From Malacoraja senta (lineage: Eukaryota), in the NCBI GenBank assembly GCA_038087875.1, contig CM075988.1, positions 14,200,001 to 14,264,000 of the forward strand: a DNA stretch of 64,000 nucleotides, read 5' to 3'. Below, one piece after another: positions 35,763 through 48,929 of this stretch (position 1 is the stretch's first letter; each line of letters opens with the position of its first letter). A program made the translations under genes and the position numbers. The notes below the pieces were generated by a model that saw nothing but the letters and a program-made list of their open reading frames with translations, had not been told where the DNA came from and did not search any database.

Positions 35763-36220
35763 CCACTAATTTCGGCCCACAAGGCCCCTATTAGCCGAGA
35801 AACCAGTCCCTTTTGCCCCAAATGCCCGTATTAGCCCAGGAGGAGCATTTTGGCCCAAAAGGCCCGTGCCAGGCCAGGAAAAGTCCAGAAAAAGTCTTTC
35901 ACTGAGATTTCACTCAGATATATTTTTTTAAAGAGCCCCTTCGGCCCATCAGGCCTGTACTAGCCCAGGAGGAGTCCCTTCGGCCATCAGTAAGTTTTCT
36001 CCCTGCTAGTATTAACCTTCACCCCAGTATTATTCTCCCTCCCTTCATTGGCTCCCAGTGAGATCCAGGCCAGGATAGACTTTTCTCCTTCATTGCTGTG
36101 ATCTGCAGAAAAAGATGAAAAATGTCTAAAATTGATTCTCCACCCTCTCCCCCTTCTCTCTCACAGAGTCTCTCACCTGTTTTGGGCAGAATTTCTGGCA
36201 GTTTCTGAGCTGCCAGCCCT

Positions 36221-36692
36221 GAGTGACTGAGCTTCCAGCCCACCAGGCCTGAACGACTGAGCTGCCAGCCCACCAGGCCTGAACGACTGAGCTGCCAGCC
36301 CACCAGGCCTGAACGACTGAGCTGCCAGCCCACCAGGCCTGAGTGACTGAGCTGCCAGCCCACCAGGCCTGAGTGACTGAGCTGCCAGCCCACCAGGCCT
36401 GAGTGACTGAGCTTCCAGCCCACCAGGCCTGAGTGACTGAGCTGCCAGCCCACCAGGCCTGAGTGACTGAGCTGCCAGCCCACCAGGCCTGAGTGACTGA
36501 GCTGCCAGCCCACCAGGCCTGAGTGACTGAGCTGCCAGCTCACCAGGCCTGGGTGACTGAGCTGCCAGCCCACCAGGCCTGAGTGACTGAGCTGCCAGCC
36601 CACCAGGCCTGAGTGACTGAGCTGCCAGCCCACCAGGCCTGAGTGACTGAGCTGCCAGCTCACCAGGCCTGAGTGACTGGGCTGCCAGCCCA
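36221..36692. repeat. 30-bp minisatellite (GAGTGACTGAGCTGCCAGCCCACCAGGCCT, about 15.7 units) inside the Helitron
   Basis: 15 full head-to-tail units plus a partial unit, with few variant positions. Confidence 0.98.
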
Positions 36693-37645
36693 AGAATCCA
36701 TTTGGCCCACAATGTCCATACTAGCCCTCTGGAAACCAGTCCCTTTGGCCCTCAACACCCATACTAGCGCTCCAGAAAGCTCCCCCCCCCCCCCCCCCAC
36801 TGGCCACCAATATTGGAATTGGTGGAGAGGTGGAATATTGCGTTAGGGGACCAGCCCTCCCGTGTGAACATGGGACCCAACGGGTCCCACTTAGTCTAGT
36901 AAATTTATAAACATTTGAATGATTCAAGTAAGCTTAAGGGTCAGTGTGGGAAATGGTGCCTCGTGAGTGTAAAGGAGTGCAGGAAACATTCCCAGCAATG
37001 CATGGAGCCAAACCTTTGGGATTTCCAAACAATCGGATGAGGATTAAGAGTTTTACTGTACTTTACATGTAACATAACTCTTTCTATATTTCCCTGACAG
37101 TTGTAAAATTAATACATTAAATTGTGTTGCAAATTTTCACAAGCACTTCACTTGTTCATGAGCAAACCAAATGCAGCTCTTTGAAACAGTCACAATAATT
37201 GGCAACTTTCAAATACATTTCAATGATAAAAGCAAATTGTTTCTTATCTGTTTTCAGTGGATGCCTGCTGTGAACATGGTATTTTAGTCGTTGGGGTTGT
37301 TATGTTTGATTGTCATTTATTTTACAACACTAGATCCCATAATTTAAATTTCCTTTGAGCCAGTCATTTCCAAGCTATCCCACGGCTACAAATAAGCCAC
37401 CATCACTGCAGTTAACATTTATGCTAACACTGTAGTTTAGTACTGTAAATGCTTCTGTTTAATACTTTTCCACTGTAACTGTAGTGTTTATTCAAGCCTG
37501 TAACCATTTTTAATCTACAGCATGCCATTACTTCTGTTTGCTTTGTGTACTTGCCGTTTAATAAATATCCTTGGCGTTTTGTAGACTAAACCATTATGCA
37601 GTGAGTTATTTATTTTACCATAGCTGATGCTGAGGAAAAACACTG

Positions 37646-37861
37646 TAGGAAGGAACTGCAGATGCTGGTTTAAACCGAAGATAGATACAAAAAGCTGGAG
37701 TAACTCAATGGGACAGGCAGCATCTCTGGAGAGAAGGAATGGGTGACGTTTCGGATCGAGACGTTTTGGGTCTGAAGAAGGGTCTCGACCTGAATCGTCA
37801 CCCATTCCTTCTCTCCAGAGATGCAGCCTGTCCCGCTGAGTTACTCCAACATTTTGTGTCT
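37646..37861. mobile_element. Penelope-like foldback remnant
   Basis: Inverted arms of about 75 bp around TGGGT-CTGAAGAAGGGTCTCGACCTGAATCGTC-ACCCA. Confidence 0.75.
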
Positions 37862-37878
37862 CTCTGAGGAGGAACATA

Positions 37879-38192
37879 TTTAGTATAGAGATACAGCATG
37901 GAAATGGGACGTTCAGCCCACCAAGTCCATGCTGAACATCTTTTCACTTTAGTTTAATGTCCCACTTTTGCATGCACTCCCAACACGCTTGGAGCAATTT
38001 ACATAGGCCCTATTCACCTACACACCAGCACATCTTTGGGAAACCAGAGCACTCGGAGGGAACTCACTCAGTCACAGGGAGAACATACAAACTCCACACA
38101 GACAGCAGCTGAGTTCGGGATTGAACCTGGGTTTCTTGTGCGGTGAGGCAGCAGCTCTACTAGCTGTGCCATTGTGCTGCCACTGTGCCACC
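37879..38192 (-). mobile_element. HE1-like V-SINE (diverged)
   Basis: Family match. Confidence 0.75.
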
Positions 38193-39745
38193 ATCAAAAG
38201 CCAACAAGCAGCAAAATGCCAAATATGAACAATCTGTTCAATCCTCAGTGGCACCACAGTAACTGAGGCAGAACTAGATAGGATAATGTCCTGATCAATG
38301 GACCTATGGAAGTGACTCGAGACTCGTCCCAAAATGTAATGCACTTAAGGAAAATACTCAATTAATTAGAACTTAATGTTTTAATTACATCTGTAGATGG
38401 TACCATCACATTTTAACTGCAGTTACAATGCAGATTGCATTGTAATAGCTCAAGGGTACTATGACAAGCCCTTGGCTGGACCAAATGGGTCATAAGTCTT
38501 AATGGTGACAGCTTAGCTCAGTTTAGCCTGAGGCTGCTATTGATACTGACTGAACAGTTTAATATAGTTGGGAAACCAAGAGTCTACTGGGAACGGCACA
38601 TTATACAATTCTGTGAGAGTTTCAAGGGTCGTTAGTTTTCAGGCAGCAGAAATTCCTGAAACAGCCTCCTCTGGGAACCGGAGTCAAACTCTCCCCCAAT
38701 TGCGATCACTGGAGTGTGTTCAATGGAACACAATCTAATGAACACAACTCCCTTCTGCTGAATCGACAACTTTGGTCACATCTTCTTCGATAATGTTGAA
38801 GTCTGGAACAGGCAGACACATGTTGTCATTGGTTATAATCTTGCTCCTAAAGCTTGGGACATGGTGTAAAATAACAGGTCCAACCTTGTGGAGCACAGCG
38901 TGGGTAGTGTGCTGTAGACCGTGAATAGGAAGCATCTTAACCTGAGATTATTAATATGAGGTGAAGACTGCCCCAGTGTAAAACTGTTCCACTTATTCAT
39001 CTTAATTGTTCTCTCTACTTCCTGAATCCTTCCTTATCGATGTTCACTACTCACTCTGATTTGATTTCAGTTTTGCTATCTTTATCTCTCCCAACATATC
39101 TCTCTCAGGCTTCATGGAGTCATACAGTAGGGAAACAGGCCCTTCAACCCAACTTACCCATGTCAACTACTTGTTCTATAATGCCTTTTTCACTACTTCC
39201 CTACTTGTTCTATAATGTCATTTTATATATTATTTTACTTTGTGCCCTTGCAGAATCAAGGGATATGGGGAGAAGGCAGGCACGGGTTACTGATTGTGGA
39301 TGACCAGCCATGATCACAATAAATGGCGGTGCAAGCTCAAAGGGCCTAATAGCCTCCTCCTGCACCTATTTTCTATGTTTCTATGTTTATCACTGTTTTT
39401 AACTTTCTTTTTTTCTCTGGTTTGGGTTTAGGTTTTATTATTGTCGCCTGTACTGAGGTACAGTGAAAAGTTTTGTTTGCAAGTCAAACTCAACTCCAAT
39501 AGGTAGAGCAAAGAGGAAGAATCAGAATGCAGAATATAGTTCTCAGCATTGTAGTGCACCAGTTCCATAAACTTCAATGGATGTCTGAACAAAGGCATCA
39601 TCTATGATGGTTTCCTGAAGGGCTCTCAGGATCAGGAGGAATTATTAAATTACTTGAAATGGGATTGAGATTGGGAAAATGGCTGTGTCACAGGGAGTTG
39701 AATTTAGATTGGTGAACATTTTTAATTCACAGTGGGTGAGATTGG

Positions 39746-40058
39746 AAGGCATGGTGGTGCAGCGATAGAGTTACTGCCCTACAGTTCTAGAGATCTGGGT
39801 TTAATCCTGAATACCGATACTATATGTACGGAGTTTGTACGTTCTCCCCATGACCGCGTGGGTTTTCTCCAGGTGCTCGGGTTTCCTCCCACAGTCCAAT
39901 GCTGTACAGGTTTGTAGGTTAATTGGCTTCGATAACAATTGTAAATTATCCCTAGTGTGTAGGATAGTGTCAGTGTACGTGGGTGATCGCTGGTCGGTGC
40001 GGACTCTGCGGGCTAAAGGGCCTGTTTCCAAGCTGTATCTCTAAACCAAACTAAACTA
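39746..40058 (+). mobile_element. HE1-like V-SINE
   Basis: Full-length family match. Confidence 0.85.
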
Positions 40059-40804
40059 ATGCTGCACAGAAGGCGATGTTTCCTTCTCCAAGTGAGCTGA
40101 GTACAGCCAAAGGCACACAGTACCACAGATAAAAAACATATGTTCCGAGGAGTATCGCCTTGCTTAGTGTTGTGTTTAACAACTTTAACCTCACATTTGG
40201 GAAGTTTCATAATTCAAAACCCATCTTCTCATCACACTTCCATCGGGGAAATGTATTTTGGGACATTGCCAATGACTCTAATAAATACTGGCATGATGGA
40301 AAATGATGGCCTGATATAACGTGTGCAAATATCACACATAAATGATGAAGCGATGTGGGAAACCTGCATTTATTTGTCACTAAAGGGCTGCAGAGGCATA
40401 CAGCTGTTACACTTCTAGCTGCCTTTTGCGAAAATAATTCTCAGGCAAAGTGATCAGGTAAATAGTGAGAAAGCTATCCTCTGAACATCACGCGCACAAA
40501 CATCTTAATAGGTGAAAATTGAAGCACAACCTTCATGTTTCTGCTGCAGTGAATCATAAAATTAATTTTATGAAAAGTAAAGCAAATAGGTGGCAATTAT
40601 AAAATGGAGACTGGTGGTACACTGGTGCAGCTAATAGTCCTGCTGCTTCGTAGGTTCAGTGAACTGATTTTGACCCTGACCTCCAGTGCTCTTTGCATGG
40701 AATTTGCACCTTCTCCCTGTGGGCACATAGGTTTTTCCTTGTGCTCTGGTTTCCCCCATATTTCAAAGTTGTGAAGGTTGGTAGATAAACTGGCCAAGGA
40801 GATG

Positions 40805-41113
40805 AGTTTAGTTTAGTTTAGTTTAGAGATACAGCATGGAAATAGGCCCTTCAGCCCTCCGAGTCCACGCTGACCAATATTCATCCGTACACTACATCTA
40901 TCCTACACTCTAGAGGCAATTTACAGTGACTAGTTAACCCACAAACCTGCACATCTTTGGAATGTGTGAGGAAAACAGAGGACTTGGGAGAAAACCCACG
41001 CGGTCACAAGGAAAACGTGCAATCTTTGTACAGACAGCACACGTAGTCAGGATCAAACCCGGATCTCTGGCTCTGTAAGGCAGCAGCTCTATCGCTGAGC
41101 CATTGTGCCACCC
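40805..41113 (-). mobile_element. HE1-like V-SINE (a second SINE head lies at about 40613-40797, plus strand)
   Basis: Family match. Confidence 0.8.
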
Positions 41114-41806
41114 TAAATTCTGGGAACAGGTAAATGGCGTTCATCTCAAGGGACTAGATTACAAAATTACATTTTGAGCTCTGGGTCAGTTACAGACAGC
41201 ACAAAGTATTAAAATCCTAATGAATTTGGTGCACGCTACAACCTTGTGGTTTTGTATTGTCCTTAGTGCATGGTGAGTGGTAGAATCTAGAGGGATCTGA
41301 TAAGAATGTGGGGGAAATCAAAATGGGATTTGTGAAGGATTAGTCTATATGGGCGCTTGCTGGTTGGCATAGACTCAGTGGACTCAAGGGCCTGTTTTGT
41401 ACTCCGTGACTCCAGGACAAGGGGAACAAGATTGCTCCAAATCCTTTCAGCTGTCGTTAAGCCTTTCCCACCAGCTGGAAGGTTAATATTGCAACTGATA
41501 TTAAACAGCAACTGCCTTAGGGCATGTTAGTTTTCACATAGAAGCAAGCCTATTGGAGCCAAGGCTTCATTCTCACATCTAATTTTAAGAACTCAACTGA
41601 GACCCAGCTGAAATGTACAAACACAACATGCACAAGAAATAATCAAAGCAAAAGGGTTAAATGATGAGAACAGATAAATGATATTTATCTCAAGGGGCTA
41701 GTTTACAGAAGAGTGGAAATCATGCTATGGTTACGTAGGCCTCTAGTTCCATTTCATTTCAGGCTCTGAGTCAGTTTCAGACGCCACAAAGCAATAAAGC
41801 CCCATT

Positions 41807-42106
41807 GGGCAACATGGTGGCACAGCAGTACAGTTGCTGCTTTACAGCACCAGAGACCCTGGTTTGATCCTGACTATGGGTGCTCTCTGTATGGAGTTTG
41901 TATATTCTCCCTGTGACCACGTGGGTCTTCTCTGGGTGCCTCGGTTTCCGCCCATCTCAAAAGTCATAGAGGTTTGTATGTTAATTGGCTTCGGTAAAAT
42001 TGTAAATTGTCCCTAGTTTGTAGGACAGTGTTAGTGTATGGGGTGAACACTGCTCAGACTTGTTGGGCCAAATGGCCTGTTATCGTACTGTATCTCTAAA
42101 TCTAAA
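41807..42106 (+). mobile_element. HE1-like V-SINE
   Basis: Full-length family match; another partial copy follows at about 42250-42427. Confidence 0.82.
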
Positions 42107-45100
42107 GGCTAAAGTGAAGATTTTGGTGCACGCTCCTACCTAGTGCAAGCAATATAGGATAAATTTCCATTTCCCTGATGTTAAGGGTATTCTGGCCTAG
42201 ATTATGCAACAGTACAGACAATTAGAAATACCAGGGCTAAAAGGTCAGTACAGAGATACAGTTGGTAGTGATGATACCTCACAATACCAGAGATCCAGGT
42301 TCGAACTTGACCTTGGGAACTGTCTGAGTGGACTTTGCACGTTCTCCCTCTGACCGTATGGAGTGGGTGCTCCACTTTTCCCCCACATCCCAAAGACATG
42401 TGGGCTTGTAGGTTAATTGGCCTCTCAGTAAGGCATCAACTCTACCGCTGCACCACGTGCCGTTCTTTTTGCTCTTCCATTATCAGTCAGTGCTTACTTT
42501 TAAAATTCCCATTTCAAATTGTTTTCATATTTCTTTTGCTGTTGCCACTTTACCTATGTTGTACATTGCGAAAAATATAAAAGTATCTAAAGTGCAAAGA
42601 AAGGAGTGAGCTTCCTAAGCTGTAGCATTGAGCAATTTTAATCACCTGCATTCCTACTCGGTGAGAAGTAGCCTTAAAGGGACTGGCCACCTGAGTAATG
42701 CTTCAGTCTGCAATCTAACTCTAAGCAATGCCACAGTTCTTTTACATCTGGTATTTAACAATTGCAGTCTCAACCTTTGTTAAATATCATATTGTGCAGA
42801 TGGTGTGGAAGCAAACTGATGTTGATTTGCTATGTTTAATAGACATATATCAGATGGCAGCAAAACTAATTTATGAGAAGGTGGCATGAAGCATCAGATT
42901 ACACAGGTAGCCTTGCTGCATCAGTAACATGGTTGTGTGGGTGTCAGGTATATCCCTGATGCCCAGCAATTGATTTTGTCTTTAAAGTGCTTTACACCAT
43001 TCCAAACTAACACTTCCACTGACAACAAGGAAGTTATACACCATGGTTGATTATTTTGAATGACCAAGGAAACTCTTATGAGAGTTTAGCAATATCTCTG
43101 TAAACAGCAGTGTTTGAATGAAAGTCTCATCTATCCAGATATGATAAAAAACAGATGTGTATGAAGGAACTGCATCGAAGATAGACACAAAATGCTGGAG
43201 TAACTGAGCGGGACAGGCAGCATCTGTGGAGAGAAGGAATGGGTGATAAAACATATAGAAATTAGGTGCAGGAGTAGGCCATTCGGCCCTTCGAGCCTGC
43301 CGACAGACAATATCTCACCCTTTAATGGGTCAAGGTCAGAGCCTCGAGGTCAGAGTTGGGCCGAGTTGCTGAGAACAAAGGGGGACCTAGAGTGTGTGGG
43401 GGGGGTCAGCCATGAACTAAGTGGGAACTAGCGGGGGAGGGGCTGGGGGGGGGAACGTGGAGGGGCGGGCATGATGAGTACTTTTTGTAACTCTGTCGGC
43501 GCCTTTGTGGTGACTCTTTTGTACTTTACATGCAAAGACAGGCAATTTCACTGTACCTAGGTACTAGTGACAATAAAGTATCATCATCATCAGTGTGCAA
43601 CTCTACACCTGGGGCCTGGAGGCTGCTGGCGACCCCACTAGCTACGTGCTGGGTTTACTTTTGTGTATTTTTACTTTTCTTGTGAGCTTTCTAACTAAAT
43701 TATCGCAATGTTTCGAAGGCCTCTTGTATCCAATGTAATCTATACCATCTCTCCAAAGTGGGTAGGGAACAGCAAAATATAATTTCTCTTAATCTAGTAA
43801 TTTGGCGCAAAACTGCCATGTTTAAAAAGGTTAAAACAGCCTGATTTATTACTGCGCTTTGAGTTACAAATGTGCTGCCTTTATATTGGGGATGATTGTT
43901 TTCACATGGGCAAAGCAGATCTGACAGAACATCACTCACCAAAGGATTTATTCTGACGAGATATTGATTTATAATGGGTTGTAGGCATGGGGTTCCGATA
44001 CTTTGCATATCATATAGCAGCTTTTTCTGAATGACGCTCACATGGCAAACACAATACTACAGACCGGATTTCATTCAAGGAGGCAGCTCACCACCAATGG
44101 ATGGATAATAAATGCTGACCTTGCCGGCGACATTTATATTTTTGAAGATGAATAAAAATAAATGCTGCCTAAACTTTATAAGTAATTTACTGTTCTGGTC
44201 AGGCAACAAACATGCAATTTTGCTGAAATAACCCATAATAGTGTGAATGCAATTTTAAGTCTCAGATAAGATATAATGGTTAGATTGTACAGCAGGGAAT
44301 AAAATTGCACAAACTATTATCTCGACCAGGGTTCGTAGCTCTGTATTGGAGTTGGTGACATTCTGACTTGAATATGGTATTCCTGTAGTGAAACCTGCCA
44401 AATTTTAAATACCTTCCTCCCTCTTCAATTCTTTAGAGGGGACCAAGACAATGATCAACAACAGTGCTCTGAGGTGTAAGCTGCCCTGTCAAAGAATGTA
44501 TTCAGATAAAATGCTCTCACTGTACATTTTCTAGCGAACTTCACATTATTTTACATTATAACTTTGCTGTTTGATCAAATAATGATCAAATAAAGTTCAG
44601 AAATTGTATTTTTTGATAAACTATTGCAAACAAAAATATTACAATTTTTAAAAAGGGTTCAGTCATGAAAACATTTTAGGATAAAGTGTTTCAAGTCAAG
44701 TAGAGTTTATTGTTGTATGCACTAGTATGGTAATATACAGGTGCAATTAAAAATGTGCTTGCAGCAGCATTGCAGACACAGATTCAGACAACACACAAAA
44801 TAATGTACATAAACTACATACATGATTTCTAAAAGAAAGATTATTGTGCAAAACACGAGACATTAGTGCAAATACTATTACAAAAAACAAGTCCAACAAG
44901 GCAAGAGGTGGACTGTAATATTCCATTGTCGAGGTGGGGTTAGGATTGTGCAGGTCGGTTTAAGAACCTGATAGTTGTAGGAAAGTAGTTGTTCTAAACA
45001 ATGAATGAGCGGCCTTGGGTTATCTCACCTCAAGATATGATACTTGTGCCAGGCCTTACACCAGGATATCAGGAACAACTTCATGTGTACGAAGGAACTG

Positions 45101-45199
45101 CAGATCCTGGTTTGAATCGAAGAAAGACACAAAATGCTGGAGTAACAGCAGGACAGGCAGCTCCCTGGAGAGAAGGAATGGGTTTTGAGTCGAGACCCT

Positions 45200-45526
45200 T
45201 AGAAACATGGAAAAATAGTTGCAGGAGTAGGCCATTCAGCCCTTGGAGTCAGTACCACCTTTCACTATGATCATGGCTGATCATCTAAAATCAGTACTCC
45301 GTTCCTGTTTTTACCCCATATCCATTGATTCTTTCAGCCCTAAGAGCTAAATCTAACCCTCTTGAAATCATCCAGTGAATTGGCCTCCACTGCCTTCTGT
45401 GGCGGAAAATTCCACAGATTCACAACTCTCTGGGTGAAAAATGTTTTCCTCATCTCAGCCCTAAATGGCCTACCCCTTATTCTTAAACTGTGATCCCTGG
45501 TTCTGGACTCCCCCAACATCGGGAAC
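45200..45526 (-). mobile_element. CR1 3' fragment
   Basis: MFPMLGESRTRDHSLRIRG..FFTQRVVNLWN. Confidence 0.82.
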
Positions 45527-45949
45527 ATAAGTAATAATTCAAGAAGCAGTCTGGCTGCTTACACAGATTCTGATGAATATACAAAAAACTCGTACAACAA
45601 AACTCAGTTTGCTTCCTGCTATCACAATGAGTAAAGGATTGCAGGGAGGCAAATGAGACAGAAAGATGATTGAACATCTTTATAGATCTCTAATTCAGAC
45701 TTAAATAATAGCTAAAGGATTATATTAATATTCTTAACTAAGAATTGTTATTGTAATAATTTTGATACCGTGATTTCCACACTTTCTTAACCCCTTACAA
45801 CACAGAAACAGATCACAGACTGATCCAACTGTCCACGCACTCTATTCTCCCCACATTCTCAATTCCCTATATTCCACCATTTACTCATGCACTCTGGGCT
45901 ATCTAGTGGCCAATTAACCTATCTAAACTCATGTTTTGAAGAGGAAACT

Positions 45950-46460
45950 GGGAACAGCTCCATCCAAGACCGCAAGAAATTACAGCGTATTGCGGACGCA
46001 GCCCAGACCATCACACAAACCAACCTCCCTTCTATTGACTCCATTTATACCTCACGCTGCCTCTGCAAGGCCAGCAGCATAATCAAAGATGAGTCGCACC
46101 CTGGCCACTCCCTCTTCTCCCCTTTCCCATCGGGCAAAAGGTATCGAAGTATGAAAACGCACGCCTCCAGATTCAGGCACAGTTTCTTCCCAGCTGTTAC
46201 GAGGCAACTGAATCATCCTACCACAACCAGAGAGCAGTGCTGGACTACTATCTAACTCTTTGGTGACCCTTGTACTATCCTTGATCGGACTTTGCTGGCT
46301 TTACCTTGCACAAAACATTAATCCATTATCATGTATCTATACACAGTAAATGGCTTAATTGTAATCATGTATTGTCTTTCTGCTGACTGGATAGCGCGCA
46401 CAAAAGCTTTTCACTGTACCTCGGTACACGTGACAATAAACAATAAACTGAACTGAAACT
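45950..46460 (+). mobile_element. Rex1/Babar-clade LINE 3' fragment
   Basis: QDRKKLQRIADAAQTITQTNLPSIDSIYTSRCLCKASSIIKDESHPGHSLFSPFPSGKRYRS..RFRHSFFPAVTRQLN; tail gtgacaataaac. Confidence 0.85.
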
Positions 46461-47198
46461 GAGCATCTGGAGGAACACCAGGGAGAGAATGGACATTCCA
46501 CCAGACTGCCCTGGAATTGAATATTAAACCCGAGTTGCTGGAGCTGTGAGATAGCAGCTCTACCAGCTGTGGTATTTTCTTCTACCTGATCCCTGGCAGC
46601 ATTACTTATTCTTCAAAGATGTAGGAAGTCATTGTGTTGATAGTTTTTCCCTGATACTAAAGCAGAAATCAGCGCACCCTGTCCAAACGATTGTGGAATT
46701 TTTAAGCTAATATTTCAATGAAAACAATTCGAATTTTCACAATGTTTTGCACTTGTTTAAAAAACGATTGCACTGGGAAGCAACCTTGTCCACAAAGTTA
46801 TCCATGTTCCAAGGATGAATTTATCACCAATATAAATTTTCAAAATTGCACATCAAGGAAGCTCTAAAATTTGAGCACATGCACATTTAAGTTCTTTAAA
46901 AAGAACTAACTGTAATTAACCAAATTTTAACCCAATTTAGCCAGAAGACATCATGAATTGATTGATGAGGGGCGGGAAGGTATTTAAAAATTGACAGGTG
47001 TTGATTACTTACAGGTGACTGACAGGTGCTGTGATTAAGATACCCTAACCTACAATCAGATTGTACATTTTTGGATTTTGCACAATTCGATTTCAATAAA
47101 ATATAAAAGTAATGCAAGTTGCATGAAGCCTATGATTTCTCTATGGGCCAGCTGTTCTTGAGCTTCCCTGCAGCAGCAGGCTTTCACTGTGCCTATAA

Positions 47199-47637
47199 AG
47201 TCATAGTCATAGAGTCGTACAGGGTGGAAATAGGCCCTTCAGCCCAACTTGCCCACACCGACCAACATGTTCCCATCTACACTAGTCCCACCTGCCTGCA
47301 TTTGGCCCATATCCCTCGAGAGTTAGATAGAGCTCTAGGGGCTAGTGAAATCAAGGGATATGGGGAGAAGGCAGGCACGGGTTATTGATTGGGGATGATC
47401 AGCCATGATTACAATGAATGGCGGTGCTGGCTCGAAGGGCCGAATGGCCTCCTCCTGCACCTATTTTCTATGAACCTGTCCTATCCATGTACCTGTCTAA
47501 TTGTTTCTTAAATGTTGTAATAGACCCTGCCTCAACTACCTCCACTAGCAGGTCGTTCCTACTACTCTTATTGTGAAAAAGTTGTTCTTCAGATTCCTAT
47601 TAAATATTTCTCCCTTCTCTTTAAATATATGTCCTCC
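47199..47637 (-). mobile_element. CR1 3' fragment with an oppositely oriented CR1 tail inserted (about 47316-47472)
   Basis: Minus-strand CR1 3' UTR interrupted by plus-strand ELDRALGASEIKGYGEKAGTGY plus tail. Confidence 0.75.
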
Positions 47638-47888
47638 TTTGCTTCACAAACCTATTATTTGACTGTGTAACCCAAAATGAAGGTTTCAGACTAGTGCTAG
47701 GAATTCGATTCAGTGTGGTCAGGCTGTGAATGATAGTTGGTTGGCTGACTGATCTGGGGTGGCTGCTACTACATTCCCATTTAGGATCATGTCCTGTGTG
47801 CTGACCAACACTTGTCCAGCAACCGGCTTACCCAATAATCCTTCTGTATGGGCATACCAACTACTCCTCCAACCCACACCACTGATTG

Positions 47889-48929
47889 TAGCAATGTTAC
47901 AAAATTTTGAGATTTTAAAAATAAAGTCTGCAATTTATCCCATCAGATAAAGCATAAAAAGAAGTTTAATTTGACACTTAATTCACTTTCATATCTTCAG
48001 TATTAAAAAAGTTATGGCCATTATCATACTCAGAAATTAGCATCTAGTTCCCTATTGCTTTTCCATTGACTTAACACAAAAGCTGTGATCGAGGACAGTT
48101 AAAAGCCCATAACTTTCTTAAAAATTATGATAACTGAAAGAAATTTTCAGGTATTATAGATTGAAGCATTCTGAAACAAATATGAAACAACCTTACTTCA
48201 AAGACATGAAAGTAAAGCATATAATTAGTTAGTTACCTAATTGTAGCTAATTACAAAATTCAATTACTAGATCTAAACATCTATCAATTTCTTAAGAATA
48301 GATTAACATTTTTAAATAGCCTAAGTGTCCAAATAACATTCACACAATAATTTACAATATAACATAATTTTTAAATCTAATTTTCATGAATTTACAGGCC
48401 AAATGGAAGGAATTGAATGTTTAATACCTGTAAATTAATGGGGATTTAATTTATCTTGCGAGTGAGGATTACTGGAACGCGATCTTTTGGAACGTTGATT
48501 TGCGGTGAATTTAACCCCGTATTGGCATGAAAAATACTGCCGTTAATTCAGGGAATAAAATCACCGTGTCGCATGACAAAATGTGAATTAAAGGCTTCTT
48601 AAGAAGCACTTTTATACATTTAAAGAAAGCACTTTCGTTTACCTGTCCCGTGTGTGAAATCCGTCCCCGTTATCGGCGTTGACGCTTCAGGAGCTGCTTT
48701 TAAAATTACTGTAGCGCTGACATTGACGAATTAATAAAAATAAAAAATTCACAAAACGCCGGTAGGAACGATTTTGTCAGCCAAGGCTTGTACTCCAACA
48801 AAATATTCCCAGGACAAGGGAGGAGAAACCTGCGTTTTAACCCCGCCCCCCCTTAAAGGCGCCAAAATCGCGCACACAGCCAGTGGCAGAATTACAGCGC
48901 GACTGAAGGTAAGTTTTGTAACATACCTA
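47889..48929 (-). mobile_element. Non-autonomous TIR DNA transposon, 1,041 bp, 7-bp TSD (copy 2, inverted)
   Basis: Near-identical reverse complement of 30992-32032. CTGATTG repeated at 47882-47888 and 48930-48936. Confidence 0.9.

Larger units (their letters stand above)
35142..36899 (+). mobile_element. Non-autonomous Helitron (rolling-circle transposon)
   Basis: Starts A|TCTATATAACTAAAA and ends with hairpin TGGGACCC-AAC-GGGTCCCA (36871-36889) then CTTAGTCTAG|T. Inserted between A and T with no TSD. Confidence 0.85.

Noticed and set aside
36221..36692. Regular 30-bp repeat array as a possible CRISPR array
   Set aside because: Units are head-to-tail with no unique spacers, there are no cas genes, and the context is eukaryotic.
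36019..36712. 224-aa and 179-aa repetitive ORFs
   Set aside because: By-products of a stop-free 30-bp minisatellite; no splice or homology evidence.
30992..48929. Single 18-kb composite transposon bounded by 1-kb inverted repeats
   Set aside because: Each 1,041-bp copy has its own distinct 7-bp TSD, the outer flanks do not match each other, and no transposase lies between them.
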